A stretch of 63,965 nucleotides of DNA, counting the filler, from Dirinaria sp. TL-2023a (Eukaryota), in assembly GCA_051941275.1 (NCBI GenBank). It is 3 parts of 3 records of this genome, joined end to end, with 100 filler letters (N's around TTAATTAATTAA, not from the genome) between each part and the next. Parts side by side here need not be neighbours in the genome. Positions count along the whole stretch, not along the records: positions 45,453 to 63,965 come from JAVEBF010000381.1; 2 more parts are not named here. One strand, 5' to 3'. Positions 59,257 to 63,965 of the stretch are shown here, one piece after another. The position numbers were made by a program, and so were the translations under genes. Below the pieces are notes generated by a model. The model ran no database searches, had not been told where the DNA came from, and saw only the letters and a program-made list of their open reading frames with translations. Within the stretch, counting starts at the first letter, position 1, and every line of letters begins with the position of its first letter.

Positions 59257-61496
59257 ATGCCTGCCAGATACGAACGCGGCAGGGCCACTCTAGGTCAAGG
59301 TCTTGACAGAGAAGTACGAGCGCTGATATCCTACAATAGTGAGATATTGATGCCATACAGGTTCACCAAATAATAAGATCAATTGCCGATAACCAAGCAC
59401 AGTACGGCGATAGCCAGCCACAGCGACTATCAGTTCCCGCCGTTTACGAGAAGATTAAGCGCTCCAACTCAAGTCTGAACCGCAAAAGCAAAAGGCTGTT
59501 GGAAGATAGCATTGAGCGCGTACTTGGCTTCCTGAAAGAAGAGGCAGCCAGCGGCGATGAAGGGGCCTCGGTCGAGGGGGACTTGGATGGCAGGGAAATA
59601 TCAGATGCCACAAATGGTATGAACAGAAGCATAGTGGGAGCATGGGCAAAAGGCTCTCCAAAACCCAATGGTGTTCAGATACCTGCGATCGACAACAAAG
59701 AGGCAGCCCTGGAGTCCAGGAAACGCCAAGCTAATGGAGAGCCTCTACCAAAAAGGCGGAGGGCCGCACCGCAGCTCGATCGCTCTCCTCCAACGCACGT
59801 ATCTCTGGCAGATCTTGGTGGCGTAGATTCAGTCATTCAGCAGATGGAAGATCTGATTGTACTGCCGCTGCTCCAGCCGCAGATCTATGCCACCTCAAAG
59901 ATACAACCCCCACGAGGAATATTGTTATATGGGCCTCCTGGCTGTGGCAAGACCATGTTGGCCAACGCATTTGCAGCGGAGATGGGAGTATCTTTCATAC
60001 CTCTATCTGCGCCGTCAATCGTTTCCGGCATGTCCGGCGAATCCGAGAAAGCTCTGAGAGAACACTTTGACGAGGCGAAGAAGCAGGCGCCATGTTTGGT
60101 CTTTATCGATGAGATTGATGCTATTACGCCAAAGCGCGAAAGCGCTCAGCGTGAGATGGAGAAACGTATCGTTGCGCAGTTACTGACGTGCATGGATGAT
60201 CTAGCACTTGAAAAGACTGGCGGCAAAGCTGTAATCGTCATCGCAGCAACAAATAGACCGGATAGCTTGGATCCTGCACTGCGCCGGGGCGGAAGATTTG
60301 ACAAGGAAATAAACCTCGGTGTGCCCAACGAAGCGGTCCGTGAGCAAATACTAAGAGCTCTGACCCGAGAGATGCTTCTCTCTGATGGCTTTGATTATCG
60401 CGTTTTGGCAAAGAAGACTCCAGGATTTGTCGGCGCGGACCTCAATGATCTAGTTTCGACAGCAGGCTCAGCAGCTATCAAGAGACTCCTTAATACTCTC
60501 AAGGCACAAGCTAGCGAAATGGATATTGAAAGTGACCCCGTTCAATGTTCTGCCAGGGTAGAAGAGCTGCGGCGCCTTATTAGATGCGCGAAGGGGCCTC
60601 GCGTCGAGGGAATGGAGATAATATCAGTCACACTGGATGATTTCTTGAATGCTCTGCCGAAGATACAGCCGTCGTCAAAGCGTGAGGGATTCGCCACTAT
60701 ACCAGATACCACCTGGGCAGATATTGGAGCCCTAAAATCTGTGCGTGAAGAGCTGCTTACTGCGATAGTTGAGCCCATAAAAAGCCCTGAGAAATACGAA
60801 CGGGTCGGCATTACAGCGCCTACCGGGGTCCTGCTATGGGGCCCACCTGGGTGTGGCAAGACGCTCCTCGCCAAAGCTGTGGCTAACGAGTCACGAGCCA
60901 ATTTCATCAGCGTAAAAGGCCCGGAGCTTCTTAACAAATACGTCGGAGAGTCCGAGAGGGCTGTACGGCAAGTTTTCGTTCGAGCTCGGTCCTCTATTCC
61001 ATGTGTAATATTCTTCGATGAGTTAGACGCTCTTGTGCCCAGGCGAGACGATGCGCTCTCAGAATCATCCGCCAGGGTGGTGAATACATTGCTCACGGAG
61101 CTCGATGGCTTGAGCAATCGTCAAGGCATCTATGTCATCGCAGCCACCAACAGACCAGATATCATTGACCCGGCAATGCTCAGACCAGGGAGATTGGAGA
61201 CGCTACTCTTTGTAGATCTACCTGGTGAGGATGAACGAGTTGAGATATTACAGACCATGAGCCGAAATCTTAAAATTCCTTTTACGGACGCCATTGCTCA
61301 AGTTGCGCGAAGCTGCGACAGCTTTAGTGGTGCGGATTTAGAAAGCCTACTCCGTAAAGCTGGATACGCAGCCATCAAGCGCAACGATGATATCAAACTA
61401 GAGGACTTTGTTGCTGCCAAAGAGAGGGTGAGACCCAGTGTGATAGATCGGAAGAAGTATATTCGATTAAGAGACCAATGGGGCGACGGCATATGA
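59257..61496 (+). CDS. RIX7: Ribosome biogenesis AAA ATPase Rix7/NVL (intron 59314-59360)
   Basis: Two AAA modules (GPPGCGKT twice; FIDEID and FFDELD), SIVSGMSGESE, REMEKRIVAQL and QPSSKREGFATIPD. Confidence 0.95.
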
Positions 61497-62057
61497 TGAC
61501 TCTAGAAGGACTATTTATGCTTTTAGCATAGTCTAGCATAGTCTACGACTCCTTTTTGAAAGCGATAATGGTGCGACGAAGACAGCAATGTTACCAACAG
61601 CGCAGAAATGGAATGTGCAAAGCATCTGTATCGCATCTGGAAGAGGCCAGGAGCAAACTGAAAACTGCATCATCCTTGTCTCAATTGATACCTTGCTTTA
61701 ATTCTGCATTGAAGGGTGTGTCGTGCCTGCGGAGCATGAAGAATGAGCAAAGTAGCCTGCACCAGATAGGGCGTCCTTTCCAACTGCCGTTGAACCTTCT
61801 TTCCTCGTGGAAATATCTACTCTACAGTTCCTTCACAGCTTTCCAAAACCGTGCTCACCAGTATACTTTTGCTGTTTCTTACCCAAAGCATTGTCATCGT
61901 TGACAGCAGTCATTCATTATTCAAGAAGCCCTTTTTCTTTTTATTTTCAACGGTATAGTTGGAGTTGCTTTCTGTTGTTTACCTCGTAAAACATCAATTA
62001 TAAACCTGAGGCCAATTAGCCATCCTTTACTGGCTACAATCCCGTGTCTTCACAGCA

Positions 62058-63884
62058 ATGGCATTGGTCAATCTGCGTGGTCTGAGAATCCTCTTCTCAA
62101 AGCTGGGGCGGATTCCAGCGCGGATTCCAGCGCACCTACAGCAACAGGTTCGAGCAATCAACCAGAAGCGGAGAAGGTCCTACCGTGATGCTGCCAGACG
62201 ACTCTTCTGGCGGTTCGTTGCGTACTTCTTCCTCGTTGTTCCGGACGCCTTCATGCTGGTCACAGTCTATTTCCTCTGCTTGTGGATGCGGACGAACGAT
62301 GTCATGTACCGTATGAAGACGCGCGAAATCCCTCTCTGGTACGATCCCACCAGAAAGATGTGGTATGGGCCCACCGCAATCAGCCATCCCAGACCCGCGC
62401 CGGTGATCTCAAGTCTTCACACAGCGGTGGCTCTTCTCGCGATCCCGATAGCGGTATTCCTCTTGATGCAACTTCGCGTGCGCAGCTTCTGGGACGCAAA
62501 TCATGCCATCTGGGGACTGTTCAAAGCTGTGGCTCTAATGTACGCACGTCTCTTGATCCCCGAAACAAAGTGCTTGTGAGTATTGACATACAATCCAGGA
62601 CGCTTCTCGAGGAGACATTCAAACGGTTCATCACGAGACCACGGCCGTATTTCCTGTCCGCATGCCAGCCTGATGGTACAAGGCTCGGACCCGGCTCCCC
62701 CTACAAACCAGTATGGGCCACGATATCGAATTGCCAGAACAAAGTGGAGCCCGATGCCATGCAATCTTTCCCGAGCGGGCATACGGGGAATTCCTTCGCA
62801 GCAGCCACTTTTCTCGCCTTGTATCTCAATGCCAAGCTCAAAGCGTTCTCAGACTACCACACCAACTTCGCAAAGCAAATGGCCATTGTCGCGCCTCTGA
62901 TCGGAGCGGGCCTGATCGCCGCTGGTATGGTTGTGGACAGGGTGAGTTCCATTTCCCTTCACTTCACTTCACTCAGCTCACAACCCTCCCTCTTCTCATT
63001 CCGCCAAAAAAAAAAAAAAAAAAAAAGAAGAGAGGGAAAAACCTGCTCACACAAAAAATCATCAGAACCACCACGCCACAGACGTCCTCCTCAGCATCTT
63101 GCTCGGCGCCGTCTGCGCTCTCCTCGCCTACCGCGCCCAATACCGTTCGCTCTTCGATTACACCAACAACCATCTCCCCCAACCCTACCGCGAGCGCAAC
63201 AGCTTCACGGCCTGCTTCGGGCCCGACCAAACCCCGCCTCTGGGCCCTCTTCGTAGCACTCCTGCCGCCGCGGGTGCTGACGTTGACAACCATCATCGCT
63301 CTGATGATAGTAGTAGCCCTACCACCGCCCATCCTGATAAATACCTCGCAGTGCCGTGGCCGTTCCCGAACGCTCACAAGCGGGGGCCTGTGGACACGAA
63401 GAAGAAGAAGAAAGAGAAGAAGAAGGAGAAAGAGAAGAAGGAGAGTAAAAATCCCCAGCAAGCACGTGAAATGCCCTCCCTCTCGTCTAGATTAGATCCG
63501 AATCACGATCCTGTGGCGGGGGAGATGATGGCTTCCCCCTCTTCCTCGAATCGCCATCCGTGGGGGAAGGATGTGCGGCGAGATCCGAATTCAAGCGCCA
63601 ATAACGTCGTCTGGAATATGAGTGGTGCATCCCTTCATGGGAACGGTCCCTATGATGTTTATCCCTTGTCGTCGACGAGTGCAGGGAGGGATGGGAAGGT
63701 TCTGGATGATGATAGTAATAGGGCTAGAGGGAGGGGGCGGAGGGGTGATGGTGCTACTAATACTGCTAATAATGATAGTTATGCTGCTGCTGCTGCTGGT
63801 ACTGTTAGTGAGGAGGCGCGGAGGAGTGGTAGTGTGAGGAGCCATCGAGAGATTGGGGGGTCCGATGTCGTGGAGATGGTTTAA
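62058..63884 (+). CDS. PAP2-superfamily lipid phosphate phosphatase with a long disordered tail, 3 exons
   Basis: C1 KRFITRPRPYF, C2 SFPSGH and C3-like VDR|NHHATDV motifs with multiple transmembrane segments. Confidence 0.88.
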
Positions 63885-63965
63885 AGCGGTTTTGACTATT
63901 GTGTGCGGAGAGATGCGAGTGGGTGTTTTTGATGGAGAGCATAGGGGAGGGGTGGAGTTTGGATG

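Noticed and set aside
1..63965. tRNA/rRNA genes or intact transposons
   Set aside because: No cloverleaf, rRNA-like, transposase or reverse-transcriptase motifs recognised by eye; tRNAscan-SE and a repeat scan would be needed to exclude them.

Overview
Eukaryotic DNA from a filamentous ascomycete (Pezizomycotina, Eurotiomycete-like by my judgement), with short GT-AG introns carrying CTRAC branch points. Two artificial N44-TTAATTAATTAA-N44 spacers (22639-22738, 45353-45452) join three contigs. About 28 mostly spliced genes are recognisable. Core genes include flotillin, an SDR, RPL30, RPL10, a Pirh2-like CHY/RING protein, an MFS transporter, MZT1, a CUE protein, DHX35, a PITH protein, VPS20, RIX7 and a PAP2 phosphatase. 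The middle contig looks accessory: a small secreted protein, a spherulin-4/GH135 gene, an NmrA pseudogene, a MYND-DUF4470 gene, VIT1/CCC1, AtaL/DUF1857 and a fused succinyl-CoA synthetase alpha-beta gene. The most striking locus (15268-16611) is fragmented in the ORF track. Splicing gives a secreted Kex2-processed repeat precursor with six Cys-x9/10-Cys peptides, joined in frame to a fungal LysM domain. All calls come from reading the sequence by eye; no searches were run.
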